Shown: piece by piece, positions 31,725 to 40,635 of the stretch | Numbering within the stretch: position 1 is the first letter of the stretch | Layout: each line of letters starts with the position of its first letter | Source: Betaproteobacteria bacterium | GTDB taxonomy: Bacteria > Pseudomonadota > Gammaproteobacteria > Burkholderiales > UBA3065 | Length of the DNA: 64,000 nt | Assembly: GCA_027490755.1 (NCBI GenBank) | Contig: JAIXXL010000021.1 | Span: 25,675 to 89,674, forward strand | Direction: 5' to 3' | Program-made: the position numbers and the translations under genes | The notes under the pieces: model-generated | Databases searched by the model: none | What the model saw: only the letters and a program-made list of their open reading frames with translations | What the model was told of the DNA's origin: nothing

Positions 31725-32098
31725 GGCGTATTCCAAGCCTGCCAGGCGGCGACCAGCAGCGCCAACCAGATGGCGGCGATCAGCACCGCACCGAGCATCA
31801 TGCGCGGCTTGGCGCGCCCGTCAGCCAGCCACTGCTCGGCCTGTGCGCGGCATTCGGCCATCACCCCGGCGGGCAGGGCGCGCGCCAGCAGGCCCACCGC
31901 CAGCGGCAGCAGCAGCGCCTCGTCCAGATAGCCGATCACCGGAATGAAGTCGGGGATGAGGTCGATCGGCGAGAGCGCGTAGGCCACCACCAGCAGCAGT
32001 CCGGCCTTGATCCAGGCCGGTGTGAGCGGGTGGCGGAGAGCGAACCAGAGCGCGAGGCCGTCGCGTTTGGCGGCGCGGATCCAGGTTTTGAGGTCCAT
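31721..32098 (-). CDS. YkvA/DUF1232 family membrane protein
   Basis: Start at ATG 32098. 'VAYALSPIDLIPDFIPVIGYLDEALLL' is the DUF1232 signature. Confidence 0.65.
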   Translation of the reverse strand: MDLKTWIRAAKRDGLALWFALRHPLTPAWIKAGLLLVVAYALSPIDLIPDFIPVIGYLDEALLLPLAVGLLARALPAGVMAECRAQAEQWLADGRAKPRMMLGAVLIAAIWLALLVAAWQAWNTP

Positions 32099-32258
32099 TG
32101 CGGCATTGTGCCGCAGCCTTGTCAGGCGCGCCCCGGGTGGGGCGGGTTGCGCCGGCATCCATCTGGAGCGGTTCAAGAAAATGGCCGCAGCGTTGACCGC
32201 AAGCAGCATTCGCCCCTACTGTTCGCAACGCTGCACCCCTTCATCCTGGAGACAAAGC

Positions 32259-32426
32259 ATGGACAAGTTGATGTACTACGCAGGCATCGGCGGCATGGTC
32301 GCCAGCATCTCGATCGTCACCTACCTGATCCTCCCGGCCTCCAGTTCGCCGGGCAAGCTTGTTGCCTGCCTTGGTATCGGTGTCGCTTTTTCTGCCCTGA
32401 CGATGCTCAACCGCGGCCGCGCCTGA
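32259..32426 (+). CDS. Small hypothetical membrane protein (55 aa)
   Basis: ATG 32259 after 'ctggagac'. The translation has two hydrophobic segments 'YYAGIGGMVASISIVTYLIL' and 'LVACLGIGVAFSALTML'. No homology assessed. Confidence 0.35.
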   Translation: MDKLMYYAGIGGMVASISIVTYLILPASSSPGKLVACLGIGVAFSALTMLNRGRA

Positions 32427-32529
32427 CCGCTCTCTTTGGTGGCACGGGGCCCGCCGCGCGCGGGCCTCTTTAATTTCTGGACGCCGACTTGACTCCGGAG
32501 GGGCCGGCCAGTACCCTCGCGACTCTCTT

Positions 32530-32605
32530 GGCTAGGTAGCTCAGTTGGTAGAGCATGCGATTGAAAATCGCAGTGTCGGCAGTTCGATTCTGCCCCTGGC
32601 CACCA
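32530..32605 (+). tRNA. tRNA-Phe (GAA)
   Basis: 'ggctaggtagctcagttggtagagcatgcgattGAAaatcgcagtgtcggcagttcgattctgcccctggccacca'. The acceptor, anticodon and T stems all pair. Confidence 0.92.
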
Positions 32606-32610
32606 GACAC

Positions 32611-32641
32611 CAACGCCCAACCCCAAACGGTTGGGCGTTTT
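32611..32641 (+). repeat. Terminator hairpin after tRNA-Phe; left copy of a 31-nt direct repeat
   Basis: 'caacgcccaaccccaaacggttgggcgtttt'. It matches 38004-38034 at 29 of 31 positions, and both differences fall in the hairpin loop. Confidence 0.8.
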
Positions 32642-32644
32642 CAT

Positions 32645-32990
32645 GTGTACTAGCCCCAGAAGCCGCGGCTTCGCGCCGGTTCTGGCTGCGTCGCAGGGGT
32701 CGACGCATACCCTACCGTGGGACCCGACGAGGACAGCAGCGCGCAGGCCCTTCGCTGTGACAGGCACCGCACCATTGCGTAACGGACCTGTTCGCGGCGA
32801 GCCGATGCGCTCACTGTTCTTTGCGGGCATCTCCTTCATCGCGTCGATCTCAAGATTCCGATCGACCAGCAACTTCTGCAGGCTTCTCTTCACCGAACCG
32901 CGACTTCCTCATCAGCCCCTCACTGATCGGAAGGAGCCATCATCTGAAGTTTCAACTGCGCCGAAAATCCCGGGGCAAGTTGGCACTGCA
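32645..32990 (-). mobile_element. IS3-family (IS407-like) remnant with internally deleted, frameshifted orfA/orfB start
   Basis: The minus strand reads an IR-like end, then 'MRKSRFGEE'. This is joined out of frame to '...LQKLLVDRNLEIDAMKEM' (orfA C-terminus). Another frame then gives 'RREQVRYAMVR.LSQRRACALL' (orfB N-terminus). No full transposase is present. Confidence 0.6.
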
Positions 32991-33037
32991 TCGCCGAGAA
33001 GTCAGGCACGTAAAGTAGTTTTACGGCGATACCTTGA

Positions 33038-33658
33038 TCAGCGTTTGGCATCAAAGCCGACATAGCGCCAGAAAACCAGCTTCAACTCAGAAATCGCTGC
33101 AGCAAGATCGAAGTCAGGTTGTATTTGGCTGCGGACGATCACTCCATCGAGCATGGTCGATGCCACCTGCGCAGCATTGTTGATATCTAAATCACCAAAA
33201 AGGCCTTGCGTGATGCCATCGTTCAGATATTTGACGAGGATATCCCTTTCGGTGCAATAAAATCGCTGGATCCCACTCTCAATCATGTCGCGCTGGGGAT
33301 GGGTTGCGGCGAAATCCAGCATTACCTTGACCATGTACCTGATCAGATCGGCTGACTCGATGTGATTATCAAACCAAGCCTCAATAAATTCGGGTGGAGT
33401 GGTGAGCCCCTTGCACATATCTTCATAGCGCGCGATCGCTATATCTGCGGCGTGGTCTAACGAAGCTCGAAATAGCGCTTCCTTGTTCTCAAAGTAATAG
33501 TAAATCAACGCGCTGTTAACCGGGATCGAGTTGGCAATGTCCTTGATGGTCACGGTATTGAAGTCATGTCGGGCGAAATGATAAAGCGCCGCATTCATAA
33601 GTTCGCCGGCTCGATCGGGTCGTTGGCGCATTTTGGTGGTGTTCCGTTCTTTCGGCAT
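33038..33658 (-). CDS. TetR/AcrR family transcriptional regulator
   Basis: Start at ATG 33658 ('MPKERNTTKMRQRPDRAGELMNAALYHFARHDFNTVTIKDIANSIPVNSALIYYYFENKEALF' is the TetR HTH). The gene is AT-rich relative to the backbone. Confidence 0.8.
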   Translation of the reverse strand: MPKERNTTKMRQRPDRAGELMNAALYHFARHDFNTVTIKDIANSIPVNSALIYYYFENKEALFRASLDHAADIAIARYEDMCKGLTTPPEFIEAWFDNHIESADLIRYMVKVMLDFAATHPQRDMIESGIQRFYCTERDILVKYLNDGITQGLFGDLDINNAAQVASTMLDGVIVRSQIQPDFDLAAAISELKLVFWRYVGFDAKR

Positions 33659-33932
33659 AAAACAATTAAAAATCCGGATTTTGCTAGCGAAATATACGAT
33701 ACAAAGCCCAAGGCCACACTGATCCATCTCCGCACCAGAGATGGGAAGGGGCCACTGCCCTGAGGCGATGTGGGCGTCGACCTGGAACTAGCGTGAGCAA
33801 CTTGACCTCGGGGTGCTTCCCGCGAGCAGGTGCAGCCGTGCGCGAATCCCGCCCCGCTCCGGGCGCATCACAAACGGTTCAGGGGGCATCGTCACTTGCA
33901 CCGCACGGCAACCGCGTGGATCTGCTTGTGCC

Positions 33933-33961
33933 TGATTTCAATCAGCAAATGAAAGTTCATT
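33933..33961. promoter_or_regulatory. Two adjacent inverted repeats, candidate TetR operator
   Basis: 'TGATT-tc-AATCA' (33933-33944) and 'AATGAA-ag-TTCATT' (33948-33961). They lie in the roughly 530-bp tetR/permease divergent spacer. Confidence 0.3.
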
Positions 33962-34189
33962 GACGGATTAAGTAATACATGTTGTGATTGGTCTATGGTG
34001 AAGTAGTAGTAGGCCCCAACCAGCACGACTTGGCATCATCAGGCAGCACCGATTGGCTCGACACATGATCGAGCACCGTAGGGAGCAACACAGAAGATGC
34101 TGCGCAGCTGCATGTACTGACCTGCGCTTTCCTGAAGGCCTCACAAATCGATGCCTGCGCCTTTTTGGTGGTGGGCTCAGGAGGTACAC

Positions 34190-35812
34190 ATGAGCATTGC
34201 CGAGTCGGCGGGCGCGTCCGCTTCTCCCCAGCCTCACACCCTCCAGCGCAGCCTTACGTGGGTTCACGCCTTCTGGTTTGCGGCGGGAACGCCCGCGCTT
34301 GTCCTGTTCTCGATCGGAGCGATCGCTGCCACGGTAGGCAACGTGTCGCCTTTGGTGTGGTTCCTTTCGATCAGCTTCGGGTTCCTGCAGTGCTTCACCT
34401 ATGCAGAGATCGCCAGCATGTACCCCCACAAATCGGGCGGTGCCTCTGTCTACGGCGCGATCGCGTGGGTCCGCTACGGCAAGTTGCTGGGACCGATCTC
34501 GGTGTGGTCCAACTGGTTCTCTTGGTCTCCAGTGCTTGCAATCGGGACGGGCTTGGGAGCCGGCTACATTCTTACCCTGCTTTTTCCGCCCGATGCGGCC
34601 GTACACACGTGGGAAGTAACGGTGCTGCCCCTGTCCTGGTTGGGAGAAGGGCTGAAATTGCGTATCAACGCGACTTTTTTACTGGGATGGTTCCTGGTGC
34701 TGCTGGTCTTCGCGATCCAGCACCGCGGTGCCCTGAAGGCAGCGCGCGCTCAGATGATCATGGCAGTGATCGCTCTTCTTCCGCTGCTTATCATCGGCAT
34801 CCTTCCTGTGCTTCGGGGCGATATTCCGGAAGCGCACTACACACCTTTCGTCCCGCTCGCCCATGACGAAAAGGGTGCACCCGTTTCTGGCATGTGGGAC
34901 ATCGCTGGCATCACCGTATTCGCCGGCGGCCTGTTCATCGCGGGTTGGTCCACCTACGCGTTCGAGACGGCCATCTGTTACACCCGCGAGTTCAAGGACC
35001 CCGCGCGCGATACCTTCCGCGCCATCTTCACTGCCGGCATGCTCTGCATGGCTGTCTTCACCTTGGTGCCTTTCGCCTTCCAGGGCGCCTTGGGCCTCGA
35101 CGGCATGCTGGACCCAGGTATCTACAGCGGCATGGGTGTGGCAAAGGCCATGGCAGGTATCGTCGGCGGTGGTGCATGGGTGGAGGACATCATCGTCATC
35201 CTGCTCATCGTCTCCCTGTTGCTGACCGTCAGCATGGCGATGGCGGGGTCCGCGCGCACCCTTTATCAGGGCTCGCTCGACGGGTGGCTGCCCAAGTACC
35301 TGTCGCATGTGAACGAGAACGGCGCGCCGACCGCGGCGATGTGGACCGATCTCTGCTTCAACATGTTGCTGCTGATGATGTCGGACTATGTGTTCTTGCT
35401 CGCGATCGCGAACGTGAACTACATGATCTTCATCTTCATGAACCTCCAGGCCGGCTGGCTTCACCGCATCGACCGTCCGCACACCCCGCGCCCTTATCGC
35501 GCGCCGAGCCTGCTGCTGGCGGTCGGCGCTCTGCTCGGCTTTGTGAACCTCTTCCTGATGGGCATGGGCGCCAACGTCTGGGGGCAGGGCACGCTGGGGG
35601 CTGGCATCATCGTGGCGGTCCTCATCATTCCTGTCTTCCTGTTCCGCCACTATGTTCAGGACAAGGGCAAGTTCCCGGCGCAGCTCGCCGAGGACATGCG
35701 TCCGGTGGGTGCCGATGAGGAGACTGTTGCACCCCGTGCCGGCGTGCTTCCCTATCTGGCGCTTGCAGCCGGCGGCGGCGCTGTCGTCTGCGGCTACCTT
35801 CTTTCAGCATGA
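34190..35812 (+). CDS. APC-superfamily amino acid/amine permease
   Basis: ATG 34190 after 'caggaggt'. The 540-aa ORF has about 12 hydrophobic segments, and 'FTYAEIASMYPHKSGGASVYG' matches the APC signature region. Confidence 0.8.
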   Translation: MSIAESAGASASPQPHTLQRSLTWVHAFWFAAGTPALVLFSIGAIAATVGNVSPLVWFLSISFGFLQCFTYAEIASMYPHKSGGASVYGAIAWVRYGKLLGPISVWSNWFSWSPVLAIGTGLGAGYILTLLFPPDAAVHTWEVTVLPLSWLGEGLKLRINATFLLGWFLVLLVFAIQHRGALKAARAQMIMAVIALLPLLIIGILPVLRGDIPEAHYTPFVPLAHDEKGAPVSGMWDIAGITVFAGGLFIAGWSTYAFETAICYTREFKDPARDTFRAIFTAGMLCMAVFTLVPFAFQGALGLDGMLDPGIYSGMGVAKAMAGIVGGGAWVEDIIVILLIVSLLLTVSMAMAGSARTLYQGSLDGWLPKYLSHVNENGAPTAAMWTDLCFNMLLLMMSDYVFLLAIANVNYMIFIFMNLQAGWLHRIDRPHTPRPYRAPSLLLAVGALLGFVNLFLMGMGANVWGQGTLGAGIIVAVLIIPVFLFRHYVQDKGKFPAQLAEDMRPVGADEETVAPRAGVLPYLALAAGGGAVVCGYLLSA

Positions 35813-36594
35813 GCGCCGCGATGAGGGGTAACGGCTCACCCGTCCGCTGGCAGGACCTCACCTGGGAACAGGTCGCGGCCTTGAGGGACAGCGGAATAGA
35901 CCTTGCCATCCTGCCGGTAGGGGCCACAGAACAGCACGCGCTTCATCTGCCCTTGGGCGTCGATACGCTCTCTGCGGTGGCCGTGGCGGAAGGTGTTTCG
36001 GCGCGCACCGGGTTCCCTGTGCTGCCCGCCATCCCGGTAGGGTGCTCGCTGGGCCACAGCAAGCACTGGCCTGGAACACTCTCGCTGCGGCCCGAGACGC
36101 TCGCTCGCGTGGTCTACGAGATCGCCGAATGGGTCGAGGCCGCGGGCTTCCAGCGTCTGGTCATCCTCAATGGGCACGTCACCAACTGGGCGCCGCTGCG
36201 TTGTGCGCTTGAGAATGTGCGGGCCGATTTTCCCGAAGTGCGCATCGCATTGCGCTCCATCTGGGAGATCACTCGCGAGATCGGGGAGGTCTATTTCAGC
36301 GACGGCGGGACCAATTTCCACGCCAACACGGCGGAAACGTCGCTGATGCTGCACCTTCACCCAGAGCTCGTCGACATGGACAAGGCCACGGCCGAGCCGG
36401 ACCGCTCTACATGCTGCTTCTTTTCCTACACGGTGAACAAGGAGAGTGTCCACGGCGGTTGCGGCGACCCGACCGGTGCCACTGCCGAGGACGGTGCGGC
36501 GTTACTCGCAAAATGTGTCGAGGAATTCTCGATTCAACTGGTCAAGGCTCAAGCCGAACGCAACCCCCTGGAGGAGATGCCTCCACCTGGTTGA
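35809..36594 (+). CDS. Creatininase-family amidohydrolase
   Basis: 'AILPVGATEQHALHLPLGVD' and 'ILNGHVTNW...' are creatininase-fold metal-binding blocks. The start overlaps the permease stop (atga). Confidence 0.8.
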   Translation: MSAAMRGNGSPVRWQDLTWEQVAALRDSGIDLAILPVGATEQHALHLPLGVDTLSAVAVAEGVSARTGFPVLPAIPVGCSLGHSKHWPGTLSLRPETLARVVYEIAEWVEAAGFQRLVILNGHVTNWAPLRCALENVRADFPEVRIALRSIWEITREIGEVYFSDGGTNFHANTAETSLMLHLHPELVDMDKATAEPDRSTCCFFSYTVNKESVHGGCGDPTGATAEDGAALLAKCVEEFSIQLVKAQAERNPLEEMPPPG

Positions 36595-36624
36595 ATCACC
36601 CCCGACGAACGCAAGGAGAACACA

Positions 36625-37986
36625 TTGGAAAAGTCCAACAATCCCGAGTTGGTAAAGCTCAGGGAGCAACTCACCGCCAAGGGCGTGAAGCACCTGTTTG
36701 CCAGCTATGTCGACATGCATGGCGTATCGAAGAGCAAGGTGGTGCCGATCGCGCACTTCGATCGCATGATGACGGGCTCCGAACTCTGCACGGGCGCGGC
36801 TCTGGAAGGCGTCCCGCAGGACGTCAGCGACGAAGAGGTGGCGGCCCACCCCGATCCCGCATCGTGCATGGTGCTGCCGTGGCAGCGCGACACGGCGTGG
36901 TTCGCCAGCGATCTGTGGTGCGAGGGCAAGCCCTTCGAGCCCTGCAGCCGCAACATCCTCGGCCGCCAGATGAAGAGGGCCAGCGACATGGGCTTCACCT
37001 TCAACCTGGGGATCGAGGCCGAATTCTTTGTCCTGAAGGACGACCCGGTGCATGGCTTCGTCCCCATGTCGGATCGCAAGCACCTGGAGAAGCCCGCCTA
37101 CGACGTCTCGCGCATGCTGGACAACATGGGCTGGATGAGCGAACTCGTCGCGGCCATGAACGAACTCGGCCTCGATGTCTATTCTTTCGACCACGAGGAC
37201 GGCATCGGCCAGTTCGAGGTGGACTTCAACTACTTCAACGCGCTCGCGATGTCGGATCGCTTCGTGCTGCTCCGCCTCATGGCACATGAGATCGCGAGAA
37301 AGCACGGCGGCTTTGCCACCTTCATGCCCAAGCCGTATGGTGACCGGGCCGGGAGCGGCGCTCATTTCAACATGTCGCTCGCCGACTCGAAGACCGGCAA
37401 GAACCTGTTCGCCGACGACAACGACCCGCGCAAGCTCGGCATCTCCAAGCTTGCCTATCAGTTCATCGGCGGTGTTCTGCGGCACCTGCCGGCGATCTGC
37501 GCCGTTGTCGCGCCGACGGTGAATAGTTACAAGCGACTCATCCTCAAGGGAAGCATGTCCGGCTTCACCTGGGCGCCAGTGTGGGCCTGCTACGGCAACA
37601 ACAACCGGACCAATACCGTGCGTATCCCGCGCGGAGGCGGCCGTGTGGAATTGCGCGCCGCAGACAGCGCCTGCAACCCCTATCTGGGCGCAGCCTTGAC
37701 CCTGGCAGCCGGCCTGGAGGGCATCGAGCAGGGGATCGACCCCGGCGATCCGCATCTTGAGAACATGTATCTGAAGTCGGATAAGGAGCTGAAGAAGCTG
37801 GGCGTCAAGCGCCTGCCCAAGACGCTGGAAGAAGCGGTGAATGCCTTCGAGGCCGATCCGCTGGCCGAGCAGGTCTTCGGCAAGAAGATGCGTGACACCT
37901 GGATCGACTTCAAGCGCGACGAGTGGCTCAGCTACCTCAACCACGTATCAGACTGGGAACGCGCCCGTTACCTGAAATTCTTCTGA
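36625..37986 (+). CDS. Glutamine synthetase family protein (gamma-glutamyl ligase-like)
   Basis: 453 aa, 'FASYVDMHGVSKSKVVP', 'NLGIEAEFFV', 'FMPKPYGDRAGSGAHFNMSL' and 'NNRTNTVRIP' are GS type I-like catalytic blocks. TTG start. Confidence 0.85.
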   Translation: MEKSNNPELVKLREQLTAKGVKHLFASYVDMHGVSKSKVVPIAHFDRMMTGSELCTGAALEGVPQDVSDEEVAAHPDPASCMVLPWQRDTAWFASDLWCEGKPFEPCSRNILGRQMKRASDMGFTFNLGIEAEFFVLKDDPVHGFVPMSDRKHLEKPAYDVSRMLDNMGWMSELVAAMNELGLDVYSFDHEDGIGQFEVDFNYFNALAMSDRFVLLRLMAHEIARKHGGFATFMPKPYGDRAGSGAHFNMSLADSKTGKNLFADDNDPRKLGISKLAYQFIGGVLRHLPAICAVVAPTVNSYKRLILKGSMSGFTWAPVWACYGNNNRTNTVRIPRGGGRVELRAADSACNPYLGAALTLAAGLEGIEQGIDPGDPHLENMYLKSDKELKKLGVKRLPKTLEEAVNAFEADPLAEQVFGKKMRDTWIDFKRDEWLSYLNHVSDWERARYLKFF

Positions 37987-38003
37987 TCGCCTCGAGCTGG
38001 CGA

Positions 38004-38035
38004 CAACGCCCAACCCTGAACGGTTGGGCGTTTTT
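38004..38035 (+). repeat. Terminator hairpin; right copy of the 31-nt direct repeat
   Basis: 'caacgcccaaccctgaacggttgggcgttttt', a near-identical copy of 32611-32641. Confidence 0.8.
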
Positions 38036-38213
38036 ATTTTGGCGCGTACAGCGGTGCTGCAATGCAGCCGCTCGTCACAAAGATTTCGCTTGCTTTGTGC
38101 GGCGCAACGTGAGATTTTCGTATATAAATCAGATAGATATAGATTCAGTATAAACCGGGGGGGGGGTAACCTGATCTCAGGTCGCCCACGCCCAAACATT
38201 CCGGGGTCCCGAC

Positions 38214-38588
38214 ATGGCGACTAAGATCTGCGACACCGAATACCCGGGCTTGCAGCTCGAGGCGCAACTCTGCTTCAAGCTGTATTCCGCGTACTCGCGC
38301 TTCTTTGGCCGTTTCGATCGGCTTCTGCGCGCGCACAACCTGAACTTCACCGAGTACATCATCCTGCTGACGGTGTGGGACGAAGGCCCGGTCGAGGCGA
38401 CCTTGGAAAGTCTCGAACTGCGCCCCACACTCAACAGTGCGCGGCCGGGTTTTCTCTGCGATTCCGGCTTGCCCGAGGCCGACTGGAAGATGCTGGGTGC
38501 GCAACTCGACAAGATGTCCGATGCGCTCGCGCAGATCGGGCTGGAGGGTTTTGATTTCGCCGCCTCGGCAGTCCGGCGAGACACCTGA
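38214..38588 (+). CDS. MarR/OhrR-like protein, apparently internally shortened
   Basis: N-terminus '[19 protein letters not shown]...[18 protein letters not shown]' resembles OhrR, including the reactive-Cys context. The ORF is only 124 aa, and the recognition-helix/wing segment seems to be missing. Confidence 0.5.
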   Translation: MATKICDTEYPGLQLEAQLCFKLYSAYSRFFGRFDRLLRAHNLNFTEYIILLTVWDEGPVEATLESLELRPTLNSARPGFLCDSGLPEADWKMLGAQLDKMSDALAQIGLEGFDFAASAVRRDT

Positions 38589-38670
38589 CCGACACCTTGC
38601 GACCGCGCCGGACGTGCGGTCCGGCGGTATGGCTCGCGTACAATCGGGCATCGCCAGACAGGGCCCTGAG

Positions 38671-39237
38671 ATGAGCATCAAGTCCGACAAGTGGATCCGC
38701 CGCATGGCGGAGCAGCACGGCCTTATCGAGCCGTTCGAGCCGTCCCTGGTGCGCGAGGTCGACGGCCGCAAGGTGGTGAGCTATGGCACCAGCAGCTACG
38801 GGTACGACATCCGCTGCGCGCCTGATTTTCGCGTGTTCACCAACATCAACTCGACCATCGTCGACCCGAAGAACTTCGACCCGGACAGCTTCGTCGAGAT
38901 GCACGGGGAGAGCTGCATCATCCCACCCAACTCGTTCGCCCTGGCGCGCACCGTGGAGTACTTCCGCATCCCGCGCAATGTCCTCACCATCTGCCTCGGC
39001 AAGAGCACCTACGCGCGTTGCGGCATCATCGTCAACGTCACGCCCTTCGAGCCGGAGTGGGAGGGCTATGTGACGCTCGAGTTCTCCAACACCACGCCGC
39101 TGCCGGCCCGCATCTATGCCGGGGAGGGCTGTGCTCAGGTCATCTTCTTCGAGTCCGACGAGGTCTGCGAGACCAGTTACAAGGACCGTGGCGGCAAGTA
39201 CCAGGGCCAGACCGGCGTCACGCTGCCGAAGATCTGA
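38671..39237 (+). CDS. dcd: dCTP deaminase
   Basis: Start at ATG 38671: '[24 protein letters not shown]...[14 protein letters not shown]...[33 protein letters not shown]'. Confidence 0.92.
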   Translation: MSIKSDKWIRRMAEQHGLIEPFEPSLVREVDGRKVVSYGTSSYGYDIRCAPDFRVFTNINSTIVDPKNFDPDSFVEMHGESCIIPPNSFALARTVEYFRIPRNVLTICLGKSTYARCGIIVNVTPFEPEWEGYVTLEFSNTTPLPARIYAGEGCAQVIFFESDEVCETSYKDRGGKYQGQTGVTLPKI

Positions 39238-39245
39238 GGGGCGGC

Positions 39246-40613
39246 GTGGCGCGCCCCAAGACCCTCCACACCTGCACCGAGTGCGGTGCGTCCTCGTCCA
39301 AGTGGCAGGGCCAGTGCCCCGGCTGCGGGCTCTGGAACACCCTGGTCGAGACGGTCGCCGAGCCAGCCTCGGGCACCCGCTTCGTTCCGGTCGCCGGTGA
39401 GGCCGGCGGCGCCCGCGTCGTCACGCTGGCCAGCGTCGATGCGCGCGAGGAAGCCCGCACCCCGACCGGCATCGACGAACTCGACCGCGTGCTCGGCGGC
39501 GGCATCGTCCGCGGTGGCGTGGTGCTGCTCGGCGGAGACCCCGGCATCGGCAAGTCGACCCTGCTCATGCAGGCCGGCGCCCGCGTCGCCGCGGTGGCGT
39601 CGGTGCTCTACGTTTCCGGGGAGGAATCGGCGCAGCAGATCGCGCTGCGCGCGCAGCGCCTGCAGGTCGATGCCGAGCGGCTGCACCTGCTCACCGAGAT
39701 CCGGCTCGAATCCATCCTCGCCCACCTGCAGGAGCGCAAGCCGGCGCTGGCGGTGATCGATTCGATCCAGACCGTCTACTCGGACGCGCTCACCTCCGCA
39801 CCCGGTTCGGTGGCGCAGGTGCGCGAATGCGCCGCGCAACTGACCCGCTACGCCAAGCAGTCGGGCACCGCCATCGTACTGGTGGGGCACGTGACCAAGG
39901 AGGGCGCGCTGGCCGGGCCGCGTGTGCTCGAGCACATCGTCGACACGGTGCTCTACTTCGAGGGCGATACGCACAGCAGCTATCGCCTCGTCCGCGCCAT
40001 CAAGAACCGCTTCGGCGCCGCCAACGAGCTCGGCGTGTTCGGCATGACCGAGCGCGGCCTCAAGCCCATCAGCAACCCCTCGGCGCTGTTCCTCGCCGGG
40101 CACGCCAAGCCGGTGCCGGGCACCTCGGTGCTGGCGACGCTAGAGGGTACGCGCCCGCTGCTTATCGAGCTGCAGGCGCTGGTCGACACCGCATACGGCT
40201 CCGCGCCGCGCCGCGTCTCGGTGGGCCTGGAGAACAACCGCCTTGCCCTGCTGCTGGCGGTGCTGCACCGCCACGCCGGCATCGCTACCGGCGACCAGGA
40301 GGTCTACATCAACGCGGTCGGCGGCATGCGTGTCTCCGAGCCCGCCGCCGACCTGCCGGTGCTGCTGGCGATCGTCTCCTCGCTCAAGAACCGGCCGCTG
40401 CCGGCGGGGCTGATCGCTTTTGGCGAGGTCGGTCTTGCCGGCGAGGTTCGGCCCGTGCAGCGCGGCCAAGACCGCCTGCGCGAGGCGGCCAAGCTCGGCT
40501 TCAGCCGTGCGCTGTTGCCGAAAGCGAACGTCGCCAAGCCGGCCGTGCCTGGCATAGAGGCGATCGGCGTGGAGCGCCTCGAGGACGCATTGGAGGCTGC
40601 ATGGCGCAACTAG
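39246..40613 (+). CDS. radA: DNA repair protein RadA
   Basis: GTG 39246. Zinc finger 'CTECGASSSKWQGQCPGCGLWNT', Walker A 'LGGDPGIGKSTLLMQ', 'KNRFG' motif, Lon-like C-terminus. Confidence 0.92.
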   Translation: MARPKTLHTCTECGASSSKWQGQCPGCGLWNTLVETVAEPASGTRFVPVAGEAGGARVVTLASVDAREEARTPTGIDELDRVLGGGIVRGGVVLLGGDPGIGKSTLLMQAGARVAAVASVLYVSGEESAQQIALRAQRLQVDAERLHLLTEIRLESILAHLQERKPALAVIDSIQTVYSDALTSAPGSVAQVRECAAQLTRYAKQSGTAIVLVGHVTKEGALAGPRVLEHIVDTVLYFEGDTHSSYRLVRAIKNRFGAANELGVFGMTERGLKPISNPSALFLAGHAKPVPGTSVLATLEGTRPLLIELQALVDTAYGSAPRRVSVGLENNRLALLLAVLHRHAGIATGDQEVYINAVGGMRVSEPAADLPVLLAIVSSLKNRPLPAGLIAFGEVGLAGEVRPVQRGQDRLREAAKLGFSRALLPKANVAKPAVPGIEAIGVERLEDALEAAWRN

Positions 40614-40635
40614 GGCGGTCACCCGGGGGCGCAGC

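Larger units (their letters stand above)
32606..38003. mobile_element. tRNA-Phe-adjacent genomic islet (IS remnant + TetR-regulated catabolic module)
   Basis: Flanked by the near-identical 31-nt repeats at 32611 and 38004. An IS3-family remnant lies at the tRNA-proximal end, and G+C is visibly lower than in the backbone, especially across 33.0-34.2 kb. Confidence 0.5.

Noticed and set aside
39018-39245. 5' extension of the radA ORF overlapping dcd
   Set aside because: It overlaps the dcd coding frame. The RadA zinc-finger N-terminus begins at GTG 39246.
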